A stretch of DNA of 64,000 nucleotides, taken from the sequence record NC_007021.1, one strand, 5' to 3'. Under the pieces are notes generated by a model. The model saw nothing but the letters and a program-made list of their open reading frames with translations, was not told the DNA's origin and made no database searches. Shown one piece after another: positions 51,685-60,578 of this stretch (positions are counted from its first letter, which is position 1; each line of letters starts with the position of its first letter). The position numbers were made by a program, and so were the translations under genes. Origin of the DNA: Staphylococcus phage Twort.

Positions 51685-51691
51685 TTATACT
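51663..51691 (+). promoter_or_regulatory. promoter TTGACATTC-17-TGnTATACT embedded in a terminator hairpin
   Basis: TTGACA at 51663-51668, TATACT at 51686-51691. Confidence 0.55.
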
Positions 51692-51722
51692 CTAATTAAG
51701 ATAAGAAAAGGAGATGTTTCAT

Positions 51723-52286
51723 ATGAAAAAATTATTTATGGTAGGAAGTTTAGGTCTGATGTTATTCGTAGGAGGTTGTGGTACTACAGAGCATAAAGAA
51801 GGTTCTCTGGAATCTAACACTAATGAAGTTGTAACAACAGAACAAAGTACAACACAAGAGTATAATGGAAGTAGTGAAGGTGGAAACGGAAACCCTAATG
51901 CAAATGTAACAACTGACCCAAGTGAAAAATATTTATCTGACTTTTTTGAGTCTAGGGCACAAGGAACAATATTAGATAGATTAGACCGCTATGCAGAATT
52001 AGTAGGTAAAATTAATAACCCAGAGGAAAACGTAGAAGCAGAAACATTACAATATGCTATTAAGAATATGGACACTTATGTAGAAGAGTTACCTGTTGAA
52101 ACAGAAGACGATGCTAAGGCACAAGAACAACTAAGACAAATGGTTCAATACTATAAGCAAGCAAATGAAAACTTTAAAGAATACCAAGATACTGGTGATA
52201 TAAATAAACTAAATAAAGGTAACGAAATGTATAATGAAGGATATACTTTAGAAGTAGAAGTAAAAAGAGGGACTAACTTAATTTAG
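51723..52286 (+). CDS. lipoprotein
   Basis: MKKLFMVGSLGLMLFVGGCG is a signal peptide plus lipobox (VGGC). RBS AAGGAG lies 10 nt upstream of the ATG at 51723. Confidence 0.6.
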   Translation: MKKLFMVGSLGLMLFVGGCGTTEHKEGSLESNTNEVVTTEQSTTQEYNGSSEGGNGNPNANVTTDPSEKYLSDFFESRAQGTILDRLDRYAELVGKINNPEENVEAETLQYAIKNMDTYVEELPVETEDDAKAQEQLRQMVQYYKQANENFKEYQDTGDINKLNKGNEMYNEGYTLEVEVKRGTNLI

Positions 52287-52302
52287 GAGGAGGAGATAAA
52301 TA

Positions 52303-52659
52303 ATGGAAAGAGTTACATGGGAAGATATTAAAAGATTAATAATACGCAATGGAACACTAGTACCACCGAATCTGCATGTTTATACAATAGGCAACTATCA
52401 AATTAATTATCATATACTAGAAGATAAAATATGTTTATGCAAGGATAATGTAGAAGTAGCAGTCATAAAAGGACATATGCCTTGTCATATCACAGAGTTA
52501 GAGGAGGTTACTAATAAAGCACTAAGGTTAAATAAGGGTATTACAAGTGTAATTGATTACTATAAGAAACAATACTTGTATTATAATAAATTAGAAAATG
52601 AAAGAAAAGAGCAGGAAGAAGAGAAACTAGAAAAGTTACAATCTTTTATGAATAAATAA
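52303..52659 (+). CDS. hypothetical protein
   Basis: 118-aa ORF with GGAGGAGGAG RBS. Confidence 0.4.
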   Translation: MERVTWEDIKRLIIRNGTLVPPNLHVYTIGNYQINYHILEDKICLCKDNVEVAVIKGHMPCHITELEEVTNKALRLNKGITSVIDYYKKQYLYYNKLENERKEQEEEKLEKLQSFMNK

Positions 52660-52672
52660 GGAGGAATAGCTA

Positions 52673-52873
52673 ATGCGCCATGTAGAAATTAGGGAAAAAA
52701 TAAACGGGAAACAGGTTATTGTATTCTTTAAAAACCATTTCTTTAATAGAACTGTTGTGGTACTTGATTTAGATACAGGAGAACTTATCAATTTACCTAA
52801 AAAATCTATAGAGGAAGTGTATCCTATTTTAGTAGGGAACTTAGATACAAAAGAATTAAAAAAATATATTTAA
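52673..52873 (+). CDS. hypothetical protein
   Basis: 66-aa ORF with AAGGAGGAA RBS. Confidence 0.35.
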   Translation: MRHVEIREKINGKQVIVFFKNHFFNRTVVVLDLDTGELINLPKKSIEEVYPILVGNLDTKELKKYI

Positions 52874-52886
52874 AGGAGAATTTATT

Positions 52887-53339
52887 ATGAGTAAATTAGA
52901 TTTATTAAAAGATATTGATATTGTTGAGTATTTAGAGGAACGAGATGTAGTAGAAGGTGTCGTAGGTAAACATAATGTTACTGTTAGGAAGGTACTAGAT
53001 AGTGAGTATGTTATAACTGTAGAGGGTGTAAAATATGAAAAAGTAGAGGGGTTCGACCTTCTAGTAGAACTATATCAAATTAAGTACTTTACTAAAGAAG
53101 ATATGAATAAAAAGTTAGAAAAAATATCTTCAGATATTCAAAAAGTAAAATTAGAAAAAGAATTAAGAGAAGAATTAAATAGCTTACTAAAGGGTATTGA
53201 AGAGAATTTAGTACATATTAAAGCCTTATTATTAACTAGTGAAGAACAAGGGTATACCCAAAACCTATTTAAACTTAATACTGGATACGAATCCATTAAA
53301 ATTATGAATGATATTATTAAATTTATTAAACATAAATAA
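52887..53339 (+). CDS. hypothetical protein
   Basis: 150-aa ORF with AAAGGAGAA RBS. Confidence 0.4.
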   Translation: MSKLDLLKDIDIVEYLEERDVVEGVVGKHNVTVRKVLDSEYVITVEGVKYEKVEGFDLLVELYQIKYFTKEDMNKKLEKISSDIQKVKLEKELREELNSLLKGIEENLVHIKALLLTSEEQGYTQNLFKLNTGYESIKIMNDIIKFIKHK

Positions 53340-53348
53340 AAAAACTTA

Positions 53349-53381
53349 GACTTAGGTGTTGACATTCACCTAAGTCTTTTG
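53349..53381 (+). terminator. terminator hairpin GACTTAGGTG-ttgacatt-CACCTAAGTC followed by TTTT, with a promoter -35 in the loop
   Basis: Same architecture as 51654. Confidence 0.6.
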
Positions 53382-53387
53382 TATACT
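53359..53387 (+). promoter_or_regulatory. promoter TTGACATTC-17-TATACT embedded in a terminator hairpin
   Basis: TTGACA at 53359-53364, TATACT at 53382-53387. Confidence 0.55.
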
Positions 53388-53419
53388 TAAGGTACAAAGA
53401 ATTTAGGAGGAGATTAATT

Positions 53420-53794
53420 ATGAAAAACACATATGAAAAAGTAATTGAATTTATTGAAGAAGAGTTTAAAGGAGATTATACACATGTTGTAGAAGGAAAG
53501 AGATATATTATCAATATGCTAGAGGAAGAAGAGCGTATTAATAGGAATAAATATATTGGTAAACAGAGTAAATTAGATATTATTTCAATTCTTGATTCCT
53601 TTAAATTTATTTTAAGAGTATTAAACAATAAAGAAACTAAACCTAATTTAGACCAAGCAACAGAAAAATACGTAGTTAAGACTGTAAATACAATGATGCA
53701 AGCAGTAAATGAAAGCAAGAAATATGGGAATGACAGTTATGAAAGTGATTATAAATTAAGGAGTGAAGATAAATTATGGAATATGAAAAGGTAG
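53420..53794 (+). CDS. hypothetical protein
   Basis: 124-aa ORF with AGGAGGAG RBS. Confidence 0.4.
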   Translation: MKNTYEKVIEFIEEEFKGDYTHVVEGKRYIINMLEEEERINRNKYIGKQSKLDIISILDSFKFILRVLNNKETKPNLDQATEKYVVKTVNTMMQAVNESKKYGNDSYESDYKLRSEDKLWNMKR

Positions 53795-54069
53795 TACAAT
53801 ACGTTAAGGACTATGGGATTTACTTCAAGACCTCTAACACATGGAAACTAAATTTAAATAGTGGGTATTACATTAAGTATCAGACTCTTGAAAATGAAGA
53901 AATGTTGTTTATTAGTAATGGACTTATTAAAGGGGTACTAATAGATATTTACTTACAAAGTTTTAAACTAGACCTTTTAAAATATACTAATATTTATGAT
54001 GTTATTGATTATCATCTAGGAATAAAACCAGATAATTCTAATATTGAAAAATTTATGTGGGGAAGATAA
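53776..54069 (+). CDS. hypothetical protein (paralog of the 54087-54425 frame)
   Basis: 97 aa. VVQYVKDYGIYFKTSNTWKLNLNSGYYIKY parallels VINYIKENGKHYSLENLSDKWDLELENGYHIRY. Confidence 0.4.
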   Translation: MEYEKVVQYVKDYGIYFKTSNTWKLNLNSGYYIKYQTLENEEMLFISNGLIKGVLIDIYLQSFKLDLLKYTNIYDVIDYHLGIKPDNSNIEKFMWGR

Positions 54070-54086
54070 TTTATAACTAGGATTAG

Positions 54087-54425
54087 AAATTTTGTGAAAT
54101 ATGGGGGATTAAAATAGATACAATAGATGTAATAAATTATATTAAAGAGAATGGAAAACATTATAGTTTAGAAAATTTAAGTGATAAGTGGGACTTAGAG
54201 TTAGAGAACGGATACCATATTCGGTATACTATACTCAATCTATTATTTAAGATTCATGAGTTAACAATTATTAAAGGTACACGTAATAGAACATTTAGAC
54301 AAAATGAAATTATACAATTTGATGAATCACTAAAAGGAAAAGAAAATATTTACCAAGTTATAGATTGTTGGTTACCTACAGAACCTGCTAACAAAGATAT
54401 TGACAAATTTTTTAAATACAAATAA
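54087..54425 (+). pseudogene. start-less or frameshifted paralog of the 53776 gene
   Basis: A 112-codon open frame with no in-frame ATG/GTG/TTG. An ATG at 54101 is +1 out of frame, next to a GGGGG run. Confidence 0.35.
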
Positions 54426-54437
54426 GGAGAGTTAATT

Positions 54438-54893
54438 ATGGATAAAAAACAATTAGAAGATTTACGTAATAAATGGTTTGGATTGTTAGTTGATAATATT
54501 ATGGATTATGATGATACAATTCATATTCAAGATATTTATAAATTAGTAGAAAAGACGGAAAGTATTAATATCTTAGATTCCTTTTATAGAACTAGAAATA
54601 GTGTTAACATGTTTAAAGATTGGATAGAAGATAATAGTGAAAGTTCTATTGAAAAGATATTAGAAAAGAGAAATATAGGGTATGAAAAGAAAGAAGTAGG
54701 AAATGAAACTCACTACATATTCTTCTTGGATGATAATACTAATTTTTATACAATTGAGAAAACCCCTCATTCAATTTTCTTAAATATATTTGATATTAAT
54801 ACCTCTGAATTTGAGACTTATATAGACATAAATGATTACAAAGAACTATCCATGCATATAGATAAACTTATGAGGTATGAAGATGAAAATTAA
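54438..54893 (+). CDS. hypothetical protein
   Basis: 151-aa ORF with AAGGAGAG RBS. Confidence 0.4.
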   Translation: MDKKQLEDLRNKWFGLLVDNIMDYDDTIHIQDIYKLVEKTESINILDSFYRTRNSVNMFKDWIEDNSESSIEKILEKRNIGYEKKEVGNETHYIFFLDDNTNFYTIEKTPHSIFLNIFDINTSEFETYIDINDYKELSMHIDKLMRYEDEN

Positions 54894-55095
54894 AGTAGAT
54901 GATGAACAGTGGATATATGAAAGAGATAAATACCCTATGATTAAAACAAGAAATTGTGGTATTGGAGAGAGCTCACTTGGTTATTACTTTACTTACAAAC
55001 CCGTTGTAGAAATAGAGGGTAAGGATGTTCCTATAGAGGATGGGGATATTTTAATTGTAGAGAATGATAAAGTGACACAAATATATAAAAATTAG
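54877..55095 (+). CDS. hypothetical protein
   Basis: 72-aa ORF. Confidence 0.35.
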   Translation: MKMKIKVDDEQWIYERDKYPMIKTRNCGIGESSLGYYFTYKPVVEIEGKDVPIEDGDILIVENDKVTQIYKN

Positions 55096-55157
55096 CACCT
55101 ATAAAGATGTTTGTAATACTATTTAACTAAACTAAACATTAGAAAGGATAGATTTAA

Positions 55158-55490
55158 ATGGCAAGAGTAAAAATTTATAACGTAATTGAGAAAATGTGTA
55201 TAGAAAAACTAAAGGAAGAGGTGTATGATGAAAATATTGATGCTTTTTCTAACTTGAATAGACATAAGTTTCAGTTAACTTTACACTACTGGAAAAATAC
55301 AAATGACCCACATTATAATAACTTACCTGATAAACTCGTATTTAAAGGTACTTATAAAGAGTTATATGAAAAGGCGTATGGTAGTGGGTTAATTGAATCT
55401 GAATATGCTTTTGCAAGTTCACTTAAAAAAGAAGAAAAGTATGACTCACTAATTCAAATAGAAATAAAAGAAGTAGAAATATTAGAATAA
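55158..55490 (+). CDS. hypothetical protein
   Basis: 110-aa ORF with AAAGGATAG RBS. Confidence 0.4.
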   Translation: MARVKIYNVIEKMCIEKLKEEVYDENIDAFSNLNRHKFQLTLHYWKNTNDPHYNNLPDKLVFKGTYKELYEKAYGSGLIESEYAFASSLKKEEKYDSLIQIEIKEVEILE

Positions 55491-56463
55491 AGAATATTGA
55501 GTTAGCTTAATAAAAAGAATAAAGTCTTAAAAATCCACTATATATAAAGTATATAGTGGTTTTGTTGTAATATAAGAATAAATAAACTAAATATATATAA
55601 AAAAATAGTAAAAAGATATAAAGATATAAAGATAGGAATAGGTATATAGTAGATAAAAGGAAAGACTGAAATACACTAACCTAGTATATTATACATAGTA
55701 AATATATATATGTATATATAACTTAAAGTATAATAATAATTATATACACTGATACGTATAGTAATAAATACCTATAATTAAAAATAAAATTAAATAAGTA
55801 AAGATAACTAAATTAAAACCAATTAAAAGAAAACGAACCCCAGAACTTTTTCTTATATATAAGAATATGTAGTAGAAAAAGAAAAAGAAGAAAGAAAGAT
55901 AGCTAGAAGAATAGAGTTATTGTAAAGAAAGTAATTAGAAATAAATAAGTGAATAAATAAAGGTATAAGAGGGAGTAGTGTAAAAGAATAAATAATAGAA
56001 GAAGTAAATATAGATACCCTATAAGCATAATAAGCAATGTAAATAAGAAACAATGTAAGTAACTATACAATAAGTAATAGGTAATAGGTAATACAATAAA
56101 CAATAAAAACTAATAGTAAATAACAATACAATAGCAATAACAATACAATAGACAAAGAAACAGATAATACAAACCCCAGAACTTTTTCGACCCTCCGTCC
56201 CGTCCTACTTAATGTAGTATACGGTTATATTATGTTTGAAATATAGATATTTATTATACTTTACTTACTTTAATTACTGTATAATGCTTAATATTCTACA
56301 CTTAATCTATAGTAATATACTAGTTATCTACCTTAATGTATTAGTTATTTATACTAATCTGGTACTATCAATGCTTTATTCTACCTTTATATACTATTAC
56401 TTATATATACTCTTATATGGTTTCCGCTTCTACACTTTTTTTGTATACATGTATATATATGTA

Positions 56464-56492
56464 TTGACATTCTATATAGTATTTGGTATACT
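56464..56492 (+). promoter_or_regulatory. promoter TTGACATTCTATATAG-...-TGgTATACT
   Basis: TTGACA at 56464-56469, TATACT at 56487-56492. Same -35 context as 57308. Confidence 0.55.
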
Positions 56493-56522
56493 TAATATAT
56501 ACTTATAAGGAGGGAAGTTATT

Positions 56523-57269
56523 ATGTTTAATGAAGAAACTACAAATAGAACTAGATTAAGTAAGGAAGATATAGATAATAGGATAAAAGAGCGTAAGTTG
56601 TGGATGAGAACTAAATGTAAGGAAGGTAAACACACAACATTCAGCAATTGTATTATCGAGAATATAGACTTAAGTGGTTATTACTTACGTGGATTAGATT
56701 TCCATGGGTCTAGGTTAGAAAATGTTAATTTAAGTAACGTAGACTTGTCAGTTGCAGACCTATCAGGTACTGAGATTATTAATTGTAATTTACATGGTAC
56801 TAACTTCAAGGAATCTAATATAAATAATAGTGAGATATTTGCATGTAGAATTGAAGATGTAGATATGAGTTATACTGACCTTCGTAATTCTACTATAATT
56901 ACTGAAATATATAATACTAATTTTAATTATACTAATATGAATCATAGTCATTTAAAGTGTGCAACATTAGTAGGATGTACGTTTAAAGATACTAGTTTAC
57001 GGCATGCAGTATTAGATTATGTTAGGGTAGCAGATACTGAGTTATCTAAAGCAAGTTTAAATAGTGCTGTTATCTTAGATATTGAGGGTCTAAATGTTTA
57101 CTCTGTTGGTAATAATGGTAATCCTATTATTTATATTCCTAAATATGATAAAGTATTTGCGGAGCACTGGACTTCTACACTAGATGGATTTCTAAAGCAA
57201 GGACTTGAAATGGAAGAAGAAAAAGGTAAGATTGAGAAAATTTATGAATTCTTTAAGGTATGTAGGTAG
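56523..57269 (+). CDS. pentapeptide-repeat protein (Qnr/MfpA-like right-handed beta-helix)
   Basis: Tandem A(D/N)LSx-type pentapeptides, e.g. NIDLSGYYLRGLDFHGSRLENVNLSNVDLSVADLSGTEIINCNLHGTNFKESNINNSEIF... Confidence 0.7.
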   Translation: MFNEETTNRTRLSKEDIDNRIKERKLWMRTKCKEGKHTTFSNCIIENIDLSGYYLRGLDFHGSRLENVNLSNVDLSVADLSGTEIINCNLHGTNFKESNINNSEIFACRIEDVDMSYTDLRNSTIITEIYNTNFNYTNMNHSHLKCATLVGCTFKDTSLRHAVLDYVRVADTELSKASLNSAVILDIEGLNVYSVGNNGNPIIYIPKYDKVFAEHWTSTLDGFLKQGLEMEEEKGKIEKIYEFFKVCR

Positions 57270-57297
57270 AAGCGGTAAACTATTCCGCTTCTTTTTT
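57269..57297 (+). terminator. rho-independent terminator GAAGCGG-taaactatt-CCGCTTC followed by TTTTTT
   Basis: Sequence inspection. Confidence 0.7.
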
Positions 57298-57307
57298 ATA
57301 TTTATTG

Positions 57308-57336
57308 TTGACATTCTATATAGCAAGTAGTATAAT
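57308..57336 (+). promoter_or_regulatory. promoter TTGACATTCTATATAG-17-TATAAT
   Basis: TTGACA at 57308-57313, TATAAT at 57331-57336. Confidence 0.6.
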
Positions 57337-57366
57337 AGGCTTATAAACAAGTAGGAGGAGATTATA

Positions 57367-57774
57367 ATGAAAATTAAAAAGCAAGTAACATTTAAAGAAC
57401 TAATGGGGTTATACTATAAAGGAGAATTAGAACAGGGAGATTATGAAGCCGAACAAGGCAATACTATTGTAAAGGTATCTTGTGGTATCATAGGAATATC
57501 TTTCTCACAATTCTATAAAAATAAAGATATGTTTGATTCATTTCCATATATAAAGAATGATACACTGTTTACTATAGAACAAGAAATAGGTTTAAATACT
57601 AAGTTAGATAAAGTGGTTGTAGTTTATGAAGATACGGCTGATATAGAATATGATATAAGTGTTAACAATATTTTAAGACGCTATGATTTTGATGCGGAAG
57701 ACTATATTGTATCTATCAACGTAGAAGTAAATAATGAATTACAGACAGTATGGAAAGATGGGAAGTTACTATGA
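57367..57774 (+). CDS. hypothetical protein
   Basis: 135-aa ORF with AGGAGGAG RBS. Confidence 0.4.
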   Translation: MKIKKQVTFKELMGLYYKGELEQGDYEAEQGNTIVKVSCGIIGISFSQFYKNKDMFDSFPYIKNDTLFTIEQEIGLNTKLDKVVVVYEDTADIEYDISVNNILRRYDFDAEDYIVSINVEVNNELQTVWKDGKLL

Positions 57775-57959
57775 TTAGTAGTATATTAATGGTTATTATA
57801 ATTAGTATTATTGTATTAAGTACAGCGTGTTACTTATTTTATTTGATGGTAGAAGCGGTTAAGTATGAAGATGTATTTCTGTTTATAGCTACGCTTGTAC
57901 TTAATATAGTGTACTGGTTAACGATTATCTTTCTTATTCTTAAATACTTTGGGTTGTAA
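57750..57959 (+). CDS. small 2-TM membrane protein, YFGL family member 1
   Basis: MISSIL...NIVYWLTIIFLILKYFGL. Paralog of the genes at 59929 and 60579. Confidence 0.5.
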   Translation: MERWEVTMISSILMVIIISIIVLSTACYLFYLMVEAVKYEDVFLFIATLVLNIVYWLTIIFLILKYFGL

Positions 57960-58004
57960 AATAAACTATACGAATATTGTTAAGTAATAATAAGGAGTGG
58001 TATA

Positions 58005-58502
58005 ATGGTAAATAAAAATTTGTCAGAATCAATTACTAAAGAAGTTAAAGATAAGTTACATGAATTGGTAGATAATTTAGATATTGAGGTAGAATATAAA
58101 TTTAATCATGCAGGCAGTGTAGAAGTAGATGTTAAGTTTGATATTAAAGAAAAACCTTTTACATTAGATAGAGATATTCCTGTAATAAACACGGCTTATA
58201 GTAAACTAATTGGTACGCTAGAAGAAGATAATAAGAAATTAATGGGAAATATTATCGAGGAGAATAAAAAGAAATATCCTAAGGAATTAGATAAGTATGA
58301 TTTAAGTAAGTATAATTTTGAGTTTAATGATATAGATAAGGATACTAGGGAAGATACTAGAACTGTATATATTAGATTTAACGATGGTAGGGTACTCCCT
58401 ATATTCTTAGAAGACCTTATATTCTACTTATCTATTAGTAAAGAAGGAGACACGTTATCTTTTAATTATGAAGATGTAGATATAGTTGAATTAATGGGTT
58501 GA
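58005..58502 (+). CDS. hypothetical protein
   Basis: 165-aa ORF with AAGGAGTGG RBS. Confidence 0.4.
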   Translation: MVNKNLSESITKEVKDKLHELVDNLDIEVEYKFNHAGSVEVDVKFDIKEKPFTLDRDIPVINTAYSKLIGTLEEDNKKLMGNIIEENKKKYPKELDKYDLSKYNFEFNDIDKDTREDTRTVYIRFNDGRVLPIFLEDLIFYLSISKEGDTLSFNYEDVDIVELMG

Positions 58503-58559
58503 CAAAGTGTTAAGTACATGGTATAGTAAGTACATAAGAATAGTAGGAGGAATTTAATT

Positions 58560-58793
58560 ATGGACTTAATTAGTTATTTAGAGAATGAAGGATTTGAAGT
58601 AAGTAAAGAACATGGGTATGAAGGAGATTGTTATTTAGTAAAAAGTATTGAAGGTAATGAAGTACCTATTGAAATTATCAGTGACACTGTTATTATTACT
58701 GATGATAATGGGACAGATATTCATGTTGATGCTAATAAACCTAAAGCTATTGTAGATGTACTTTTAGATTTAACAAGCACTGATTATGAGTAA
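58560..58793 (+). CDS. hypothetical acidic protein
   Basis: 77-aa ORF with AGGAGGAA RBS. Confidence 0.4.
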   Translation: MDLISYLENEGFEVSKEHGYEGDCYLVKSIEGNEVPIEIISDTVIITDDNGTDIHVDANKPKAIVDVLLDLTSTDYE

Positions 58794-58816
58794 TTGTATA
58801 TTAGGAGGAATTAATT

Positions 58817-59119
58817 ATGTTTAAAAAGTCAAAAGAAAAGAATAAAGTAGAATATGGTAGAAACGAAGGTAGCCATGTACCACAAAATAAGGCATTAGTT
58901 CAGTTAGTTAGAGATATTACTGGTGGTTTTGTTTTACCTCTTACAGATGGTCATGAGTATGTAGTAGTAATTCGTGGTACTAAGACGCTAGTATTTAATG
59001 TTGTAGGTGAAAGAATTTACTTAAGTGGTTCATTATTAGGTAAAGATTTTTCTTGTGCTGACAACAAAAATAATCCTGTTTCTATTGAAGTAGTTAAATT
59101 AATTTCTAAATTAGTATAA
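58817..59119 (+). CDS. hypothetical protein
   Basis: 100-aa ORF with AGGAGGAA RBS. Confidence 0.4.
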   Translation: MFKKSKEKNKVEYGRNEGSHVPQNKALVQLVRDITGGFVLPLTDGHEYVVVIRGTKTLVFNVVGERIYLSGSLLGKDFSCADNKNNPVSIEVVKLISKLV

Positions 59120-59127
59120 AGTATATT

Positions 59128-59155
59128 ACCGCTTCTATTATTGAAGCGGTTTTTA
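59128..59155 (+). terminator. rho-independent terminator ACCGCTTC-tattatt-GAAGCGGT followed by TTTTT
   Basis: Sequence inspection. Same GAAGCGG stem family, in opposite arm order. Confidence 0.7.
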
Positions 59156-59324
59156 TTATACCTTACTATGCTCTAATTCTTTCATATTTAACGTATATAG
59201 GGTTTTATATGTATTTAGGTATATTTATATTAAAAAGCACTATCGTTTGTTATACGTTGTCTATAGAGCATATAGAGGGTATTAAAAGAATACAAAATTT
59301 ATAGTAAATAATTGAAATTAATGT

Positions 59325-59353
59325 TTGACATTCTATGAGTTATAGCTTATAGT
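59325..59353 (+). promoter_or_regulatory. promoter TTGACATTCTATGAG-17-TATAGT
   Basis: TTGACA at 59325-59330, TATAGT at 59348-59353. Confidence 0.5.
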
Positions 59354-59386
59354 AAGTATATAGAAGAAATTAGGAGGAGATTAATT

Positions 59387-59731
59387 ATGGAAGTTTTTGA
59401 TTTAAAAAAGTTTGTTGTTGATAACGGCTTACATATACAAGAAGGTTCTATGTCATATTATGAGTATAAGGTAGATTCTAGCTATTCTATTAGGGTTGTT
59501 AGTAGATTGGCATATTGTGATGTTATTGTGTTTGTGTATAAGAGTAAATACATCCATAGTATTAATACTACCTATGAGGAAGATAAGGTAGAAGAATTAG
59601 AAAAGCTATTAGAAGAAAGTAAGAATATTTCAGTAGTTATGGACTATTACTTAATTAAACGTATGGAAAGGAAACGTATTGAAGCGGAAGAACAAAGAAA
59701 ATTAGATAAATTTATGTTAAAAGGAGAATAG
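59387..59731 (+). CDS. hypothetical protein
   Basis: 114-aa ORF with AGGAGGAG RBS. Confidence 0.4.
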   Translation: MEVFDLKKFVVDNGLHIQEGSMSYYEYKVDSSYSIRVVSRLAYCDVIVFVYKSKYIHSINTTYEEDKVEELEKLLEESKNISVVMDYYLIKRMERKRIEAEEQRKLDKFMLKGE

Positions 59732-59767
59732 TGTTTGATATATAATAAGTATTAGGAGGTGTAACTT

Positions 59768-59941
59768 ATGATTTTAATTTTAGTATTACTTACAATTAAT
59801 CTTATATGTTTAATTATTATTGGTAATAGTATCTTAGAATTAGAGGGGAAGCGGGCTTTAGTTAACTGTATCTTATTCTCAGTACCAGTGATTGCTATTG
59901 TTGTATGTATATATAGTTTAGTATTGGAGTGTTGGTTATGA
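59768..59941 (+). CDS. small membrane protein (57 aa), not in ORF track
   Basis: ATG after a TAGGAGGTG RBS. MILILVLLTINLICLIIIGNSILELEGKRALVNCILFSVPVIAIVVCIYSLVLECWL. Stop overlaps the next start (ATGA). Confidence 0.4.
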   Translation: MILILVLLTINLICLIIIGNSILELEGKRALVNCILFSVPVIAIVVCIYSLVLECWL

Positions 59942-60126
59942 TTAGTAGTATTATAGAGTTCATTGTAATAAGTATAATTAGTGTAGTTTCAGTAGGTGTG
60001 TTTGGGTTTATGTGGTATGCAGTATTTTATACTAAGGATAAAGTATTACTTTCAGTTGCTATACTACTAACAGTTATTCTTGGATTATCTGGGCTTGGTG
60101 CTACATTAGATTACTTTGGATTGTAG
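59929..60126 (+). CDS. small 2-TM membrane protein, YFGL family member 2
   Basis: Ends ...LGATLDYFGL. MISSII motif near the N-terminus. Confidence 0.45.
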   Translation: MLVMISSIIEFIVISIISVVSVGVFGFMWYAVFYTKDKVLLSVAILLTVILGLSGLGATLDYFGL

Positions 60127-60352
60127 GAGTGGGATTATGATTGATGTTATTATGTTAATTCTAGCTATTATCAGTATACCTTTGTATATATGGTTAGGTA
60201 ATGAGTATTATAATTGGGTGCTTAATAACTATAATAAGAGTAGTGATATAGTACAAGCATGTATATTTGGTGGTTTATTTATGGCTATTGTTATAAGTTT
60301 ACTTGCTATATGTGGAAGTATTAGTAATATAATAGGAGGGTTTATAATATGA
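60116..60352 (+). CDS. small membrane protein (2 TM)
   Basis: 78 aa, hydrophobic. Confidence 0.4.
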   Translation: MDCRSGIMIDVIMLILAIISIPLYIWLGNEYYNWVLNNYNKSSDIVQACIFGGLFMAIVISLLAICGSISNIIGGFII

Positions 60353-60567
60353 GTAGTTATGTACATCATGTACCAGTCGTTACACCTCATAATGATGGTG
60401 GTGCTTCTACTGTAGATAGTAGTAATGGTAATCATACTGTAGACCATAAAGAACAATGGGAACCTGGTATGAGTGAGCAGGAGGCTATGTATACTGTATT
60501 TGGTATTGCATTATTTATTATGATAGTTGTTCTTGTTTTTATTATCGTGGTTAAACTTAAAAGATAG
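60349..60567 (+). CDS. small C-terminally TM-anchored protein
   Basis: 72 aa with a C-terminal hydrophobic helix. Confidence 0.4.
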   Translation: MSSYVHHVPVVTPHNDGGASTVDSSNGNHTVDHKEQWEPGMSEQEAMYTVFGIALFIMIVVLVFIIVVKLKR

Positions 60568-60578
60568 GAGTTGAGATT

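Noticed and set aside
55853-56508. ORFs 55853-56053(-), 55903-56103(-) and 56236-56508(+) in the skewed non-coding region
   Set aside because: Their translations are low-complexity (poly L/F/Y/I) and are generated by the purine/pyrimidine skew. There is no RBS, and the region looks like a structural or regulatory DNA element rather than coding.
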